Positions 19,286 through 20,000 of a DNA stretch of 20,000 bases are shown piece after piece. Both the position numbers and the translations under genes were made by a program. This DNA is from Mesotaenium endlicherianum. Taxonomy: Eukaryota. The stretch's first letter is position 1. Each line of letters starts with the position of its first letter. Below the pieces are notes generated by a model, which saw only the letters and a list, made by a program, of their open reading frames with translations, had not been told where the DNA came from and ran no database searches. Where the stretch lies: assembly GCA_009602735.1 (NCBI GenBank), contig WELA01003305.1, forward strand, positions 84,871 to 104,870, given 5' to 3'.

Positions 19286-19460
19286 GTACCCAAGTCCAAA
19301 ATAAAAGCCCAAACCCGGAAATCCGAATGCTTTTTTGGATGATAATTCAAGTGCCTTCATGCTTGCCCGCCGTCATCAGGGCAAGGTACCGCAGTCCAAA
19401 AGCCCGAACCCAGATATCCAAATACTTCTCTGGATGGAGAATCGGGTGCCTTATGCTTGC
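19281..19460 (+). repeat. ~100-bp imperfect tandem duplication spanning the exon 12 donor
   Basis: gcaaggtacc at 19281 and 19381, each followed by agtccaaa..agccc.aacc..ga.atcc.aat.ctt.t.tggatg...gtgcctt..tgcttgc. Confidence 0.9.
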
Positions 19461-19617
19461 TGTCTGGTGTCTTCTGCTACCCATCGTCGTGCTGCTTTTT
19501 GTCCTTCTCCTTGCCTATTTTGTGCATGCTGGGAGCTGGAAGGGCACGCCCGCTGTCCGCGCGGGTAGGGTATGGGAATTGGAGTGCCTTGTGCAGTCTG
19601 TCCTGTCCCTGTTCCTC

Positions 19618-19705
19618 TGCTGCTGTTGCTGTTCCTGCTGCTGGTGCTGGTACTGTTGGTGCTGCTTCTGCTTCTGCTGCTTCTTCTGCTTCTGCTGCTG
19701 CTGCT
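19618..19705. repeat. Degenerate (CTG)/(CTT) trinucleotide tract
   Basis: Directly visible. Confidence 0.9.
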
Positions 19706-20000
19706 GGTCGTGCTCTTCTGAGAGGTTTCTCTTGATGGCAACAGCCTAGCGCCCCCGCGGTGGCAAAATAGGACAATTCCACATGCGCTGGTGTCGCGTA
19801 CATGTAATCGTGGGCAGACGAAGTTTCCAAGTCTCGCATGCCAATGAGCGAGTGCAATTCAGGGATGACGTCTGTCTACGTCTCGTCATGTTGAGTTTGC
19901 TCACGCGTGAGTGGAACCCTATGCGCCCGTGTGGACAAGGTGGCCCGGAGGACGAGGGGCCGAGCAGATTCGGCATGCTGCTTGGGCCGCCTCCCCCCCC

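Noticed and set aside
18233..19342. 369-aa ORF as an independent gene
   Set aside because: Mostly low-complexity intron sequence. Only the exon 12 part is PAE-like, and exon 11 is read out of frame. Kept only as a caveat in the duplicated-acceptor finding.
19740..20000. Final PAE exon
   Set aside because: The candidate acceptor I checked (gggcag at ~19817) leads to an early stop, and I saw no GDW or DC..PC motif here. The last exon is probably outside the window.

Overview
Eukaryotic, intron-rich genomic DNA, most likely a green plant or streptophyte alga (inference from a plant-type pectin acetylesterase and very microsatellite-rich introns). The main content is one + strand gene for a pectin acetylesterase (PAE; CE13/Notum-like alpha/beta hydrolase). 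I assembled 12 exons by hand (6381-6664, 8562-8761, 9437-9519, 10438-10567, 11258-11346, 11578-11667, 12214-12347, 14329-14389, 15687-15749, 16916-16993, 18570-18693, 19146-19285). Together they give 1476 nt = 492 uninterrupted codons with all intron phases consistent. The last exon(s) appear to lie beyond the window. The upstream 6 kb is transposon debris: a truncated Ty3/Gypsy gag, an LTR-like segment, a GC-rich island with an orphan TPR-like exon, a hairpin-rich element and a heavily decayed hAT-like transposase. The most notable observations are (i) repeated degenerate copies ('echoes') of exon ends together with their splice sites inside neighbouring introns, one forming a possible 24-nt micro-exon, (ii) a GC-AG intron, (iii) G-rich instead of pyrimidine-rich acceptor regions, and (iv) joint loss of the two cysteines that flank the catalytic Ser and His in land-plant PAEs. 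Nearly all ORFs in the supplied track are artefacts of low-complexity intron sequence.
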